From assembly GCA_973895155.1 (NCBI GenBank), contig OZ316893.1:7402963-7466962 (forward strand): a stretch of 64,000 nucleotides of DNA, in the 5' to 3' direction. Shown piece by piece: positions 24,029 to 38,604 of this stretch. Within the stretch, counting starts at the first letter, position 1, and the number at the start of each line of letters is the position of its first letter. The position numbers and the translations under genes are program-made. The DNA is from Marsupella aquatica. Its lineage: Eukaryota; Plantae; Marchantiophyta. A model generated the notes under the pieces. It searched no databases. It saw nothing but the letters and a program-made list of their open reading frames with translations, and was not told the origin of the DNA.

Positions 24029-25343
24029 GCTTGCTCCTCTCTTACGCCGGCAGTGGAACAAAACATCAAGAGAAGTGTGAATCCATCAATTGCTCCAAAA
24101 TGGGAGCACAGAATGAACCAACACTCGGATGAGCGAACTCACATGCGAAAATTCCCCCAATTCACTCGGCAGGAAGGAATGACACACTCCCAATGATGGA
24201 ATGAGAGGCAGCAATTCACGAGCCTTCAACCGGCGAGTCGAATTGGACCACTGCTTTCATTCTACAGTCCAAAACAACACTTCATCCAATCCCTGTCCGG
24301 CGATCAGGAAGGACAAACTTGGCCGAATCATTCCACAACAGCTGCCGCTACCCCTAAAGCTTCTCACCACAGGCATAATTATTATTTCGCTCTGTTCCTG
24401 CCGGAGCCATCGCCGCAGACATAGTTACTTCGCTCGTTCTCTCCGCGTCGTGATCTTCGTTCGACGAAAGAGGAGTATTATTATTAGGGTTTCATTCCTG
24501 TCCTTCGCTTCCCCGACGACAACTAACGACTCAGTGACAGTCGAGTGACGAGCTTTCTCCCCACAGGAGTGAACACGACTATGGTGGCAATGCTGGAGAC
24601 CAGCGAGACGACAATGTATGAACTATGAACTATGAATCCCGTTCAATTCTCGTTCAACGAGCCCGCCTTCAGCGACATTTACTTTCGAGCTCGAATGATC
24701 TCCCTCGCTTCCATTACCGGTAAAGCAATTGCGCGATCACTTGCGAGATTTCCGGCTGTCATATTTTGGGACGGACATAAAAGACAGAGCCCATTATTGT
24801 AGTCGGATTCAAATTGATCGACTATTATTACCCTGCCCCTCATCATACATGAAAATGTGGTAATATAGTGTTTGCACTCGTTGATTTATTGAAGAGCAAA
24901 GCCTCATCACAAAGGAGACTGGGAGAGGAATGAGAACAAACGAGAAGTCTTGAACACTTCTATGGCCAGTGGTGGTTTAAAGAAAATAACAAGATTTATC
25001 ATGGTATGGAATGATGTACTACACTCTGTATGTCTATTTCCATGTGCAGTTATCGGGACCCTTATTATTAGGCTCCTTCACTATAGGAGTACTCTATATT
25101 TCAAACTGCCAAGAAACAAAAAGGAGCCTAGGAGACATGATAACCCAATCAAGCGAGGGAAAAGAAAGGGACAAAAAAGCCATCACAAGGCCTAAGGTAA
25201 GAAAAGCCAATGACACAAAAACCAAAGAACCCTATCTATGGGTAAACTGGAGAGCCTGGTAGAGCTCAGGAATATTCAGCAATCATGCTATTGGAGTCCA
25301 GATTTCTTGCTCTTCCTTTTTAAGTAAAGACACAAGTATATAC

Positions 25344-25560
25344 TGACCCTCAAAATGAAACAATTTACTTGATGGACCCCATAAGTAGAGGTGTATTCTT
25401 GATAGACCTGATGGACCCTCAAAATGAAAAATGTTACTTGATGGACCCCATGAGTAGAGGTATACTCTTGATAGACCCTCAATGGACCCTCAAAATAAAA
25501 AACATTACTTTATGGACCCCACTAGTGATTGAGACAGTTGATAGACCTTGATAGACATTC
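25344..25560. repeat. Tandem repeat, ~70-bp unit x3
   Basis: GACCCTCAAAATGAAA..TTACTTGATGGACCCCAT.AGTAGAGGT.TA.TCTTGATAGACC repeated. Confidence 0.8.
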
Positions 25561-26121
25561 AAATGAACATTATCTAGGCAGAAAATGGGGGCTTTTATAT
25601 CGGCAGGTGTAGTTTATGGGGAGTACACTTTTCACCACCAAACAAGAATGAACATCTTAGCAAGGCAGGGAATGAGGCTTTTATATGGGCACTGTGGCTG
25701 AATGAAAAGGGAATGAGTCTTTTACATGGGCAGGTGTGGTTTAATGAAAACACAGCCAGTTAAATGGGGACGCCTTCTTGCGAGAAGCCATATGGGTTAA
25801 CCTTCAATGAAAATACCAAAAATAAAAAGATTCACAAGGAGGGTTTACTGGGCTCCCATTGTGAACTTTCTCGTCAAAGGCCCATGATCCCACGGGACCA
25901 TTTGCAGGAAAGCATGTAATTGAAGACTCATAAATTATAGAGGATTGTAGCTCCTGTTGGTTGAGTTCTCTTTCCTGGGGAGAAGAAGTTTGGTTGAAAC
26001 CAATGACTGGCAAAATGGTACTGTGTTTGCTTCCGCAAGCTTCAGTAGACATTGGATTCCATACTTCGACAATCTCTGGAATCCAACTGGTGTCCGAGAA
26101 TTGCGAAGTTGGAGTTTTGAG

Positions 26122-29100
26122 TTATTTTGGATTCTGAACCGATAGTGTCGATGAGAGCGAGGTTGATAGGTCTCTGCTCATGTTCAGGGGGCTGGCGGAG
26201 GATACAGAGGACGGTCCCCTGAATTCGTTGAAATTGCTCGATTTCTCCAATTGGATGGCATCCTTTAGCCCACGAACTATCTCGCCCATGTCTGGTCTGT
26301 TGGTTCCGGTTGCATCAATGCTGGCCCATGCCAACTCCGCCACCATCCACATGGCCTCCACATTAAACTCATCTTCGAACGCAGGGTCCACAATCGAGTG
26401 TATGTTACCATTCCTCTGAGCCGCTTTGGTCTGCAACCAGTATCATTCATTCACATCAATCATTGACACCTCGTACATACTAGTGAATTGGTCTAGACTA
26501 CATTTCGAAATATGGATCTGGTTGGGACTTGAACACCACTTGAGCCTCAACGACTCGGAAAACATTTGTCTTCTAGTTCAGTCTGCAGCCTACGAGATTG
26601 ATAACGGAAACGTGATGGACAGTTTATGCGGCATCCCCAATCTGTGAATGAGTTTACACACCCAGGTCATGAAGTTTCCTTCGGTCCCGTCTTTAAACTG
26701 GATGATGGTAGTTGGCTTCCGTCCTGTAATAAGCTCGAGAAGCACCACCCCAAAGCTGTAGACGTCGCTCTTCTCCGTCAATCTCCAGCCACCAAGATAC
26801 CTGGAAACATTTGCAGAAGTTTTTGTGAGGGCGGAAAGTAGTTCGAGACGATTCTATTGAATGCAATTTCATCAGCTGGTGCAGGTACCCTGTTTCACTA
26901 GGTTTTTCTAAAATTTGACACCTTTTTCAGTATCTAGAGTCTAGTCGAGCTTGTTTTGAGTAATAATGGATATAATTGCTAAAGCGATTGTTTGATAACT
27001 TACTCTGGATCTAGGTAACCAAAGGTACCCTTGACAGCGGTAGAGAAACCGGTCTGGGAACCTGCAGGATAAGATTTGGACATTCCAAAATCTGCAACTT
27101 TGGCTAGAAATGTGTGATCGAGAAGAATATTACTGGGTTTGACATCACGGTGGATAATGGGAGGATTACAAAACATATGCAGGTACTCCAAACCTGCACA
27201 ATTTCCCAATGCATATGTAATTAGTCCAACCCCAAGATCTTTTGCGGCCAATACTACAAGCCCGAAAATACTATCGAAGATCAGGGAAAGGCCTTTGAAT
27301 TTAGTATTTCAATCCAGACTCAAATCTGTCATCTTAACTGGGACCGTTTGCTAGGTATTTGACCTCAAGACGGCTGATTTTGACACACGGTCATCTCTTC
27401 TTCAACTGTTGCCTGTTAGATGGTCCCTGTCGTCTACACAAGGATATCGTAGTCCACACAAGGATATCAACTTGCACGTGGTAATCTCACTCCACTGGAA
27501 GCAGAGCAGAGTTTCATTTGTCAATGAACAATTCCCCGACTGCAATCGAATTTAGATAGAAAGCAGAAGATCCCCCAGATACCTTGGGCTGCATTCAAGG
27601 CGACGTCCAAGCGAATCCTCCAGGGTAAAGGCTTGTCCCCTTCCGAGCCTCCTGTCAGAACGAGAGCCTGCTCTTAGTCTTGCTCCAAGGACCGAGCTGG
27701 ACAGTAGAATCGCTTCTTTTCTGTGAAAGTCAATACTTGTCACTCACTGTTCATACGGAAATGAGCAAGTGACTATCCAAACGAATCCATGTATTCATAT
27801 AGCTGCCAGTAAACAGTAAGCATGGGGGGGTGGGGGGGGGGGGGGGGGCGCGGGCGGGGGAGGCGCGTGGGGCGTGATTCATTACCATACAAATGCTCGG
27901 TTAATGCGCCGTTTGGCATATATGCATATATCAGAATTTGCTCCTGTGCAGCTTCACAGTATCCTACGAGTGATACCAAGAACTTGTGATGCACTCTTGA
28001 CACCAGAACAACCTGCATCATCACGGCATTTGATTTGCAATACTGAAGCCTGTTAGAAACATGTCTTACATCTATGATCACTCTAGACACATCAAAATGA
28101 CCCTTTCTTAGCCACGGGGCGTTGATCTGTTCAAACGTCCCAACACAATTGCAATGATATGATCCCTGTCCCATTGGCTGGTCACATTCTATCATGCTCA
28201 GTTCCATTCCGCTTTCTGGATATTCAGAGTTCATATAGTGGTACACCTGATTGGGTTGTATCAGCTATTGAAGATTCAGGCTTACTTCGTTAATGAACTC
28301 ATTGGTGCCTTGACGAGAATCCTTGTGATTCATCTTGACTGCAACTTCCGATCCATCAGGGAGCCGACCATAGTATACTGGTCCATACGATCCTTCGCCA
28401 AGCTTCCTAGCAAAGTTGTGCGTCACATCTTTCACCTCCTGCAAGCTGAACGATCGAGCTTGCTGCATTGCTTGAGGATCGAAGCTCAGCACTCCCACTT
28501 CCTCTGACCAAGAGAAGGATTACTTTAGTACATATCTGCTTTCTTTCTCCAGGACTTCCAATAAGATGAGGCGAGCGTCAGAAACTGAATAGCCGACAAA
28601 TTCAGTAATACTGGCACCAATACCATCCCGAATTCTACAACAGAATGCTGCTGAATATATGAAATGTGCAATCCTTCGTAGCAAGTGAGGATAAGGATTA
28701 CTTAGGTACATCATTACCTTGTTTGGTCTGACGCTGACGCTGACCCTTGTAGAAGCAGTAGTAGCAGAGCACGAAGAAGACGAGAGCTGAAAGTGCCACG
28801 GCCACGCCAGCGACAGCAAGCCCTATCTTCAAAGCTGAACTTGAACTTGACGAAGGTGTCAAAGATGAGGAACCTGGCATACTCAGAAAGGGGTTCCCGG
28901 AGTACCTGCATTGAATGGTTTTATTTCAGACGACCCACATCTATGGCCATGACAGTTTTGGAGATCTTGTAAAATCGATGAGGTCCTCTTTCTACCAGAT
29001 GGCATTCCAGCAAAGGATCTAAATTTTTGTGATGGACAAGCAATTCAACGGTAGGGTAATGGCAATTCCGCATTATTGTGTCTGGTTAGAGAGAATTGGC

Positions 29101-32100
29101 TCTCAGCACAAATCCATTGACAATACCCAACATCAGCATATAACTTGATCGAAATATAATGTTAATGTGTGAGCGTTCAATAGATGTGGATAAGTACAGA
29201 GTCCTGAGTTCTCCTGCATAACAGTATGAGATGAAAGATTTATCTTTGAATTCTAAGGAACCACCCAGACGGCATTTTTGTCTAATAACTTGTTCGACGA
29301 AGATTGAAAAACCCAAGAGTTTTGTCGAGCAATTCTTGCACTCTACGATCAATGTAGTGGGAGTCTCCTATGACAGACTGATGTTGTACATACGAGAATT
29401 TGAAGTTGGCAGCAGGGTTGTTGACGCGATCTAGAAGCTGCTGCGGTATGCTACCAGAGAAATTGTTGTTTCGTACAGACCTGTGTGCCATCAGAAAGAC
29501 AATTGTCACTACATCTCACTAGCAGAACATTAAATTTCTTAACCATCACTTTGCATGTAAAATGCTTGAAAATGTGCGGAGAAATTTACTTACAGCTGGC
29601 TCAAGTGGGGTAGGTCAGCCAATGTCTTTGGAATAGACCCACTCATTCTGTTCTAAACGCCTGTTGTGTAGCCTGGTTACTAAAATTCAGACAAATAGTC
29701 CACAAAAGAATCCTTGAAAAGTATTCTATGACGTAGGGATCATAGCAACTGAGGGATCACTCGCTGCTAATCATATCTCCAAACAGGAAACATTGGTTTT
29801 TTGATCTCTGAGACATGAGGTATGAACTTACAACGTTCGTAGATTTGTTAGAGAGCTGAAATCAGGGAGGGAGCCGCTCAATTTGTTGTTATCAAGCCGC
29901 CTGCATGTGGAGACAAAGGGAATGAGGATACTCAAATGCATCTGAAGATATTGACTTCGACCTCTGATAGGATTCGTTTGAGATTAGCAATGTAATCTTA
30001 GATAGTTATAAAATAGGATCAGGGAAGGGAGCAGCTCATCTGCACTGAAATCATTCATCATTATTTGTATGGACTGGTCTGTACGGACACACGTTCTATT
30101 TCATTTCTAGATGGTGGGAAAAATGAGTCGATGTCATATTTCAGCCATGTATGCGTATCCATCTGATCAACGACTTAGACTAGACAAGAAGACATGCTAA
30201 ACCCGCATGGTCACGAAGGTACTTACATAGAAATGAGATCTGGAAAGAGTCCTGTGATACTGGCAGGCAAGTAGCCGTCGAGCTGCATGCTGGAGAGATT
30301 TATCTGAGTGATTCGGGATGACTCCTTGCCCATACTAGTGGTGCTGCAAGTGATCCACTCCCAGGGCTCAGGGAAGCAAGGGTCCCCTGACCAGTCTTGC
30401 AGAACCGTCCCCACGGCATTTCTTAGAATATCGAGTGCACGAACTGCATGAGCCATCACCGATAAATTCGAGCCACGCAGGACTTTTCATTAATTCTATT
30501 TCTTGGAAGCTCTTGGACATCAACACTCGGGACCAAAACGTACCGCTAACACAAGAGAAAAGTCCCTCACCGTCATCAGGTGAAGTGGAGGAGAAGTTGA
30601 AATCCCGTGCTGAGTAGAACTCCCAGCCATTCATTAGTGGACCCAGGCTCGACGCAAACCTCTTCGCTACTGTCAAATTAGCTCCGCTCACAGCCGATGA
30701 CTGGAAGAAGCTAGTGACAGCGGAAAGTGTAGACGTGACTGTCAGATTCTTGAACTGCAAGCCGTTTAGCGAAGCAGTGAGGTATCGACTTCCCCTGGAT
30801 GCTGAGGGACTCGCTGACGCATCCACTTCCTGCACGTTACCATACGGAAGATTATATTCTGTCGCTCAGTCCTGTTCAAAGCCTGAGTATCTCAGAGTAG
30901 CTTAGTTGTGGTTTGCCTGGAGTGTCCAGGAGACAAAATTTCCAGGAAAATAGAAGTTCAGTCAAAAACTCTCCGACCAGTGATTTCAAGAATGTACAAG
31001 ACTTAGATCTGGAGTACCTGAAAATAAGCTGCAGTGTAGTATTGGCCGCTCAATTCAGATATCCCGTTGTAAAACCCAGTAGAGGACGTGGTAGCGCCCC
31101 ATTCCCAGGCGGTGCTCATGACAGATGCAGGTGGCTGATTCACATCCAATGTGGAAGTGTTGAGCAAGGTTGTGTTCTGCGTAATTGTTCCCAGCCCGTA
31201 CTGTGACGTCCATATTCGGTCATATGGATCGTCGGGGTACCTATGCACATGAACTGACTTTAAATTTCGCAGATTTGTGATGTATTTCGATAGTTTTACC
31301 TAAACCAAGCGGAAGGAGTCTTCTTATGCTCAGCACTATCGACTCCGAGCAGTTCTAAATTCAAGTTTTTTGGTGGTGGTTTGATCAAGATAAGGAATTG
31401 AAATTGCAATTTGAGTGTTTTGTAAGATATTCTCCTCCATTCATTCATTTTCGTCATATATAAGTGACCGGCATTGTTGTCGGTCACTCATGGTTTCCGC
31501 TCATGGTTTCCGCTCATGGTTTCCGAGGCACATCCTGAAATTAAGCCTCTGATTTCTATTTCCGTCAAGCTCACTGATGACAATTACGAGCCTTCCGAGT
31601 GAAAACACGATCCCACGTTTATGTCGGCCGCATCCCCGAGCGGCATTTGAAATTTCTTTCACATTGTGGTTTCATAATCTTGTTTTCTTGGCCAGGATGC
31701 ACATAAGCATATCTCATCCAAGAAATTTGTACTTAGAGTGAGTTCCGGACGAAATGCTTCCAAGACACAATTTTCCTTGGCACAAATGACTTTGTCCACG
31801 TATAAGTGAAGAATTGAATATAATGCGAGTGTTTTACCTGAATTCGGCGATGCAGCAGTAAGCGTTCCACCTCCACTGCGTAACGAGAAGCTTGGCTCGC
31901 TTGACATCAACATACATATTGTCAGCCAAAGGTCGCAGAACCAGCCCATTTATGAACGGCAGCCCGCTCCCGCGTTGAAGGCACACGTCCACTGCGCTGC
32001 GATTAGCTCGGAAGATGGCCTCCTTCCGCATTATGCTCAACACTCCAGGATTTTCAGCGTAGCTGCACAGTCATAGACAATTTCTATACTTTCAGATCTC

Positions 32101-32995
32101 AAAGAAAAGAACCAGAGCGGTAATGGCTGAAAATCCCGAAACGCTCGACAGAAGAGATGGCGTTCCTACCTGTCAATTACAGGTGATATCTTGACAGTGG
32201 TCCAGTAAGAGGCGTCGATAGTGAGATCGAAGCTGATATTGCCGAAGAGCTGCGAGAAATTGGAGTACAAGAAAGAAGCGCGCACGAGATACGTGGTGTC
32301 TGGCAGGACAGGCAGCTTGTAGCAGTTTTTCCTCCTCGAATCGTTGAAGTATCGAAAGTTCGTGCCGTCGTCCAACGGCCCCGAGTTGTATCCCGCCGGC
32401 GTGTACCCAGAGTCCGTCACCCAGTTGAACGTGCCGTCTTTAGAGTTCTGCTCACTACCGCAGAGGATATTAAGAAAACCTGTTCATCAGATTATAAAAG
32501 ACTAGTCAATTTTCACTAGCGTTTGGAACCAAGTCGTGCAGATCATTGTCATCAGCAAGCCATTTGAGCTCCACAGGATTGACCAGGGCTGCTTTGTAGT
32601 TTTGTAGCTAGCATGCATCTTCCTCAGAAACAACTTTATGTCTAGAAGACTAGTCCGTCTCCCTCTAGTTCTTTTCCTGGAAATCCTTAGTGAAATCCTA
32701 TGCCGTATGCGAGTCCTTAGCCTGCAGCAAGAGTGGCGTTCCATAAGATGTTGCTCCGCTCGAAGTGATCACTAAGCAGATCAGCGGATTTATAAAGAAT
32801 GTCTCGGTCGCCAATAACTTCACGGTTCCATATATGGAGGTAACCGAAATATTGTGAAGAATATGTTTACAAACCTGGCTGAGCAGAAGCTCCGGGAAAC
32901 CTGAGACTGAGTAGTAGTAGACACAACACAAATACTCCTATAGCCCGTACAAGCAAAACTACACCCAATCGGTGGATTGCATTTCGCAATTCCAT
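26122..32995 (-). CDS. Malectin-like domain LRR receptor-like Ser/Thr kinase (LRR-I type), multi-exon
   Basis: Exon 1 (32995-32875) encodes signal peptide [40 protein letters not shown]. Then [39 protein letters not shown] and short LRR exons. [23 protein letters not shown], kinase motifs [37 protein letters not shown] and KSDVYSFGV. Confidence 0.92.
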
Positions 32996-35711
32996 CGATC
33001 TAGCAGATCAATCCCTTGATACAAGTGACCCAATGCACGTATATATAGAGTCCTGGAGCGAGTACTGCCGCTGCAGCTTTCCTTTCCTGCGCATATGTAT
33101 TATCGATCTTCTTGCTACCTCCTCCTTTAGTGGTTTCCTTGCCGAAGTCTTCCCCAACCAGCACTACAGCAGACAAAAATCCTCTCTAGATCATATCCAT
33201 CCTCTTTTGATCGCAAGTCCATATCTCGTCGTAATGGCCCAGTGATGATGCCTGCATTGCTTGAAACCCATTGTTGACCCAATGAGAACACACTGAAACT
33301 GATAAGCTACTTTCAAGAGATATATCGCTTCTCTTCTGCATATTTGCCAAAAAGCTGTCGTCTTCCAGCGTAAGCAATACAAAGCTTACTGGGGAATTTT
33401 ACATGTTTCTTCCAGCGAACTGTCCAACTCCCAGAGCTCCATACGAGTGAGTTGTAAGGAGAGATCTCCAGATTCAAGCTCTTTCTAACAGGCTGTGTGA
33501 TAGTGAAGCTACCGTTGGGGGTCTTCTCTAATTCTCTGCAACGAGACGAGCAGCGTTCGCCAAGTTCTGCTAGAATGTCAACTCCCTGAGTCGGTCTCGT
33601 ACCCACTCAATACGGTACCGTTGCTGTTGCTGTAGATTAACTTGTAAGCGCTGTGCAGGACTTCCAAGAACAACCATACGCACGTCCTGCGACTCACTAT
33701 AGGAATGTTACGATTGTCGTTGCTTTGTGATGTTCAACGAAAGTTTTACAGACTTACTAGTTACTACAAATTGGTCCTGTGCAATGCCTGCATGTCAACG
33801 CTGATCGTGCGTCGTCAGTCAACAGTGCCATGTTCAGCTACAGGTATTCAACCGCTAATTGCGGCGCTGCCCGAGAAAGAGATCTACGGCAAGGGCCGTA
33901 ATTTGAAATAAGTGTTTCCACTCGTTTTCGTCGAAGATGCTTTTCAGTCCTGGTTGTTCTATTTGGAGTAGAGATCTGGGGGTGAAGACTCTGCGGCCTG
34001 AACACTTACTGTTGGTTGGGTGCGAGTCGGTGTTGTCACTCTCATGGAAAGGAATGCGCATTGATTTTTCTTGAAGTGAAATATTCAAAAGCCGTCGGAT
34101 TTTCTTTGGTCTTCTCTGGACTCTTTTCTCTTTCAATCAGATTCAACAGTATTTAAACTCTGCTGGCCATTTCATAGTTTTAATTTGACGTTGGTACTTT
34201 CATGGTGATATGGTTCATTAATGACTGCGTTTCGGTTTCAAGTTTCCACCCCGCATGCAAGCAAGTGATGGAGAAAGTCCCAAAGTATGATGCCCAACCG
34301 AGTGCCCAACTGGTAATGTTCATACCAATCCTCTCGAAAACGTGAATGCAGAATATATGCCCAGCGAGCAATGTTCATAACAGTCCTCCTGAAAATGTGA
34401 ATACAGAAGATTGCATCGTTCCCAACTGGTAATTGTGTCCTGTGAATACTACTATTTTTGCTAGATTACCCGAACATCAGTAGCCAAGAGACAAACGTGG
34501 AACCGGGTTTTGCGTTTTGGCGCCCACCCTTGTCGGTAACTCAATTCACTCCGGTTCGTGTGGGTGATCAAGTGGCTTTGGAAGTCCGGGAAGCATAAAA
34601 GCAGGCAGTGATTCTGACATAGTGAACGCTAGCCCCGTTCAGTCTGCGTCATTGATTGACTTGCACTCACATCCTCTTGCGGATCAGCGGATGTCTTCTG
34701 GACTATACATGTATAGGAAACTACACTGCTCTCACTGCGAATTTGCGCTCCTGTTTGATGGTGGTGAATTCTTGATTATCTATCATTCTGTAGAGCTCTC
34801 TACTGTACTAGTGTACTTTTTAAGCCTGAAAGGTCAGGCTTCGTTCAAGACTTTTCCAAGATGTGAGCATATATGTAGTCAAATGTGTCGAGTGCAAGCG
34901 TTGCTTCCATGATTGGGTGACCAGCTAGAACTGTGAATCTTTCGATTCGGAAATTCAAAGCCCTCGATTTCAGCTCGCATTGTTGTGCTCGGCAGAACGC
35001 TCGGACTTGGAATTCTCTTCCCCACTCGAGAATTGAATGAAATCCCGAAATTCTGTGCGATTTTTAAGACTCTTATAATTATGTAGAAAAAAACCAAATG
35101 GACGTGAGGTTGTCCAGTGTGTAGGGAATGCATGAACACTCAAGAACGCTCCCAAATCGGCTGCAATGACTTGATATGGATGGAAACACAAGTACTCACA
35201 AATGGGCTCGGCTGCAGTGACTTGATGTGCATGGCAACACAAGTATTCCATTGTCAAGCAACCAGAAAGTCGTTCAACAATTGCAAGGAAATCGAAATCG
35301 ATATAGAAAACTTTGGAAACTGACACCCATTGACCCGATAATTCATTTGGGTTCATATATCAGTCGTCAGCGATCGAAAAGCCGATGCGATTCCGCTTGC
35401 AATGAGCTCATGTGGGTTGTCTGAAGTTGAGTATTCAATCAATCACAATGATAACGAGATAGACGGATAAATTTTGAGACAATTCCCGACCAAATTATGA
35501 TGTTACACGACAGCAATGAAGCAGCAGTTGCTCTCTTCGGTCCTCATCCTCTGCTGCAGGCAAGCGGGAGGAAGCCAATGACAATTAAATTGACGCAATC
35601 GATTAATTAGGTCTCAATGCAACGAAAACTTTGCCCGCTGGCACATTAGCCCTACAAGTGTTCTTTTTTGTGTTGGTAGCGTAGTATTTGCTATTGTGAT
35701 CAATTTTGCTC

Positions 35712-36110
35712 TCAGCTACTACCGCCATTAGCTTTGATGGACAGGCCGCCCATCAAGTCATCCAGAACTGTGACGCTTGTGCCATCGTAGAAATACTGGC
35801 TGGTCACTGTGTCATTGTTGTGGGCGTTTTTGATCACGAACAAATGCTCCATGGGCACAGGTGAGGACGATTTCCAGGGACTGGAGTAGTTTGTCGGAAC
35901 GCCTTTGGCATCCCAGTCGATGATCGAGCCTGCGTCTAGAAGGCCTACTTCCAAGACCATTTTCAGGGACCCGTCGTACACAGAAATCGTTACTGCGGTT
36001 TCATTGGAATGATTCTGGATCACCACCACGGACTCTCCAAGTCCAAAGATAATGTGCAAGAGCAGTGCTCGTAGCAGCAATGAAGGAATCCCAACCCTGG
36101 GAAACGCCAT
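35712..36110 (-). CDS. Small putative secreted protein of unknown function (132 aa)
   Basis: ATG-started single-exon ORF with hydrophobic N-terminus (SLLLRALLLHIIFGLGES), beta-strand-like alternating pattern and N-glycosylation sequons NHS/NET/NYS/NDT. Confidence 0.65.
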   Translation of the reverse strand: MAFPRVGIPSLLLRALLLHIIFGLGESVVVIQNHSNETAVTISVYDGSLKMVLEVGLLDAGSIIDWDAKGVPTNYSSPWKSSSPVPMEHLFVIKNAHNNDTVTSQYFYDGTSVTVLDDLMGGLSIKANGGSS

Positions 36111-38604
36111 CGTCGTCTTTGGTCACATCAAGCCAGACCTTGGTTCATTCCTCTAACAATTCTTTTAAAACATGCGTCATCTTGTTACATCAAGCAGGAT
36201 CTTGGTTCATTCTCTATCTTGTCTTTTGATGAACATTCGTCGTCTTGGTCAATTCAATTGGTCGTTAATGTCTCTTGAATTTTTTTTTATTGCGATAACA
36301 TTCTGCAGTGTCAGATGGATCAGGTCCAGCAGTAGAGAAATGACTCACCCGGAATTCAATAATTGTAAACCCTAATTGGCACTGCCCTAGTTCATTTTAT
36401 GGCGTTGGATTTCAAGCGTTGGTCGTTTAGAACAGAGCTTTTTGAGTCACAGGAGGGATTAAGGAGACATTGCTCGGGATAACCTGCTTGTAGTGTCGCA
36501 CTCTACCTCAGCTTAGTGCAGGTCAACATGGCTGAGATCTCACACCAGAACTACGTTCTTCAGAAATCGAATCTATGTACTCTCTTTGCCTTGTGATCAC
36601 ATTGTAATATGCACAGAGAGGTTTGTTTGCTCACCACAATTAAGTTAGCTTTGTCCAGATACTCGATGGATATGCATGGCGATACAACGGACTTACTGCA
36701 AACATCAAAAGTTACCAGTCATTCTCGAAACCCAGACACAAACATCAGACAAAACGTTCAAAGCATCGATCCAAACAATTTTCAAATGGACCTAAACAAA
36801 ACTCAAAACAGTAATTACATCCATGATTATTTCTCCTTCAGAATGACTATTAACCTGAATCATGCAGCCCACAGAGCATCATGATACTTTACAGGCTTCT
36901 ATCTCTTATCCTGTCTCATGCCTTCCCGTCGGAATTTGTGTCAAAATACCGATCAAAATAGTCAATTCACTTTACACAACGTTAACGCACCTGAGTTACG
37001 ACAGTGAGCGTGCAATTGGAAACCTCTGCTTAATTTGAACTGAACTCCTTGTCATGACATTTCTTCCAGACTGTGTACAGCGCTAGTTCAATTCTATGTG
37101 TCCACTGATGGCTCCAGCAAACGCGGAAACGCCGGAGCTCTGTGCCACATCAGTAAAAATCGTTGAAATTCGAAGTCTGGAATTCGCGACGAATGCCTGT
37201 CCAAATCAATTCTGAAACGGAGCCTGGCCCTAACTGTTAGCGAACACAAACAGTACTCATCACTCATCTCAAGGTTTCAAATCTCAAATCTGACACAGTT
37301 CAGTTCAGTGACATTGGTGGAGTGTCTCTTTATGTATGCCTGAACCCCAAAATGTACCGGTAGGGTGTTCCCACTGATGATCTATCTTTGTGTTGTACTT
37401 TATGCCCATGTCGGTCTAGACAGTTCTAGTGCATCTCAGCTCCTTATCAATGAAATGCTCAAATTCATCATTTTCTCTGAGTCGGAAGTATTGATCAGAA
37501 GGTCATGAGTACTGTTCCTGCAAATTACAACCGAACTCTCTTAACAGAACAAAAGTTTGCCCTCTGTTTTCGCAATTTACAGTCTTTCAGTCTGGATATC
37601 TTTGCAGCGTGGAAATACCTGCAATTGATTCAAAATTCTTTCCCGGACTGATCAAAGTGTAAATCCACATGCCATATCCGTTTCATAAGAACTGTTAACC
37701 AACGTAATTGTGCATCGAGATTCACAGCAGCTTAGCTTTCAGACGAGGGATTCCATGGTCCTCCATTTCAGAATGTCCCCGTAGATTTCACATCTGCTTC
37801 AGAACGCGCTACTGGAACTTTCCATTCGTTATCGAAGAAAACCATGCTGCATTTTCCAGATCTAGTCTATGGGACTCCGATTCATATGTCAGGCTGATAG
37901 TCCTTCCTATACACTGCTTGGAGCAAATAAGGAAATGACTTGGAAGTGGTTAGAGAACTCTCGGGCAGTGAAATTCGAAGTATGAGAGGAAATTCAACTC
38001 AAATGAGAACTTCAGTGGAAGAGTGAATGCAAAGGCGATAGCTAGCTTGGAATTGCATTCACTCTGCTTAACGGGAGAATTCCGCATCATTCAGTTCATA
38101 AGGGTAGCAGGATGCACACTCCACCGCAAGCAGATAGATAATACGACTCAAATTTGAAGAACATTCTACAATTGCGGCCAAATCATTGCCGCGCTCACCA
38201 CGAATGCATTGCCTGATACTCAGTGTCACCACAGTGAATCTGAAGGTAAACCATGGTCTCGGCGTCAGTGTAGCGCAAAGCAGGCAGAGTTTCTTCAATC
38301 ATTTGAGGGCACAAGCAAAATATAGAATTGCGACTATGTACCCTAAACAAACTCAACAATCTGTGGATCGTAGTGGTTTCCAGCTTTTTAGAGACTGCCA
38401 ATTATGAGTACGGTACTCTGCTTAAAATGTTGAATTCTTGGGTTATGGAATGCAGGGTTGTCTACATTACGGCAGTGTAATAGTCCTCATCAAACGTGGC
38501 TGCTCTCTGTATACATATGATCAGCGGCCTTTCTAGTGTCTGCGCTGAAATGGAGAGATGAACTGAAATCGATGATAGTCAAAACCAATCTCGTCGAAGC
38601 CATC

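Noticed and set aside
25344-25560. CRISPR-like appearance of spaced repeats (also 51645-52005)
   Set aside because: Contiguous tandem units without unique spacers, no cas genes, eukaryotic context.
35150-35255. ~60-bp tandem duplication inside short ORFs
   Set aside because: Real duplication, but no evidence that the ORFs are genes.
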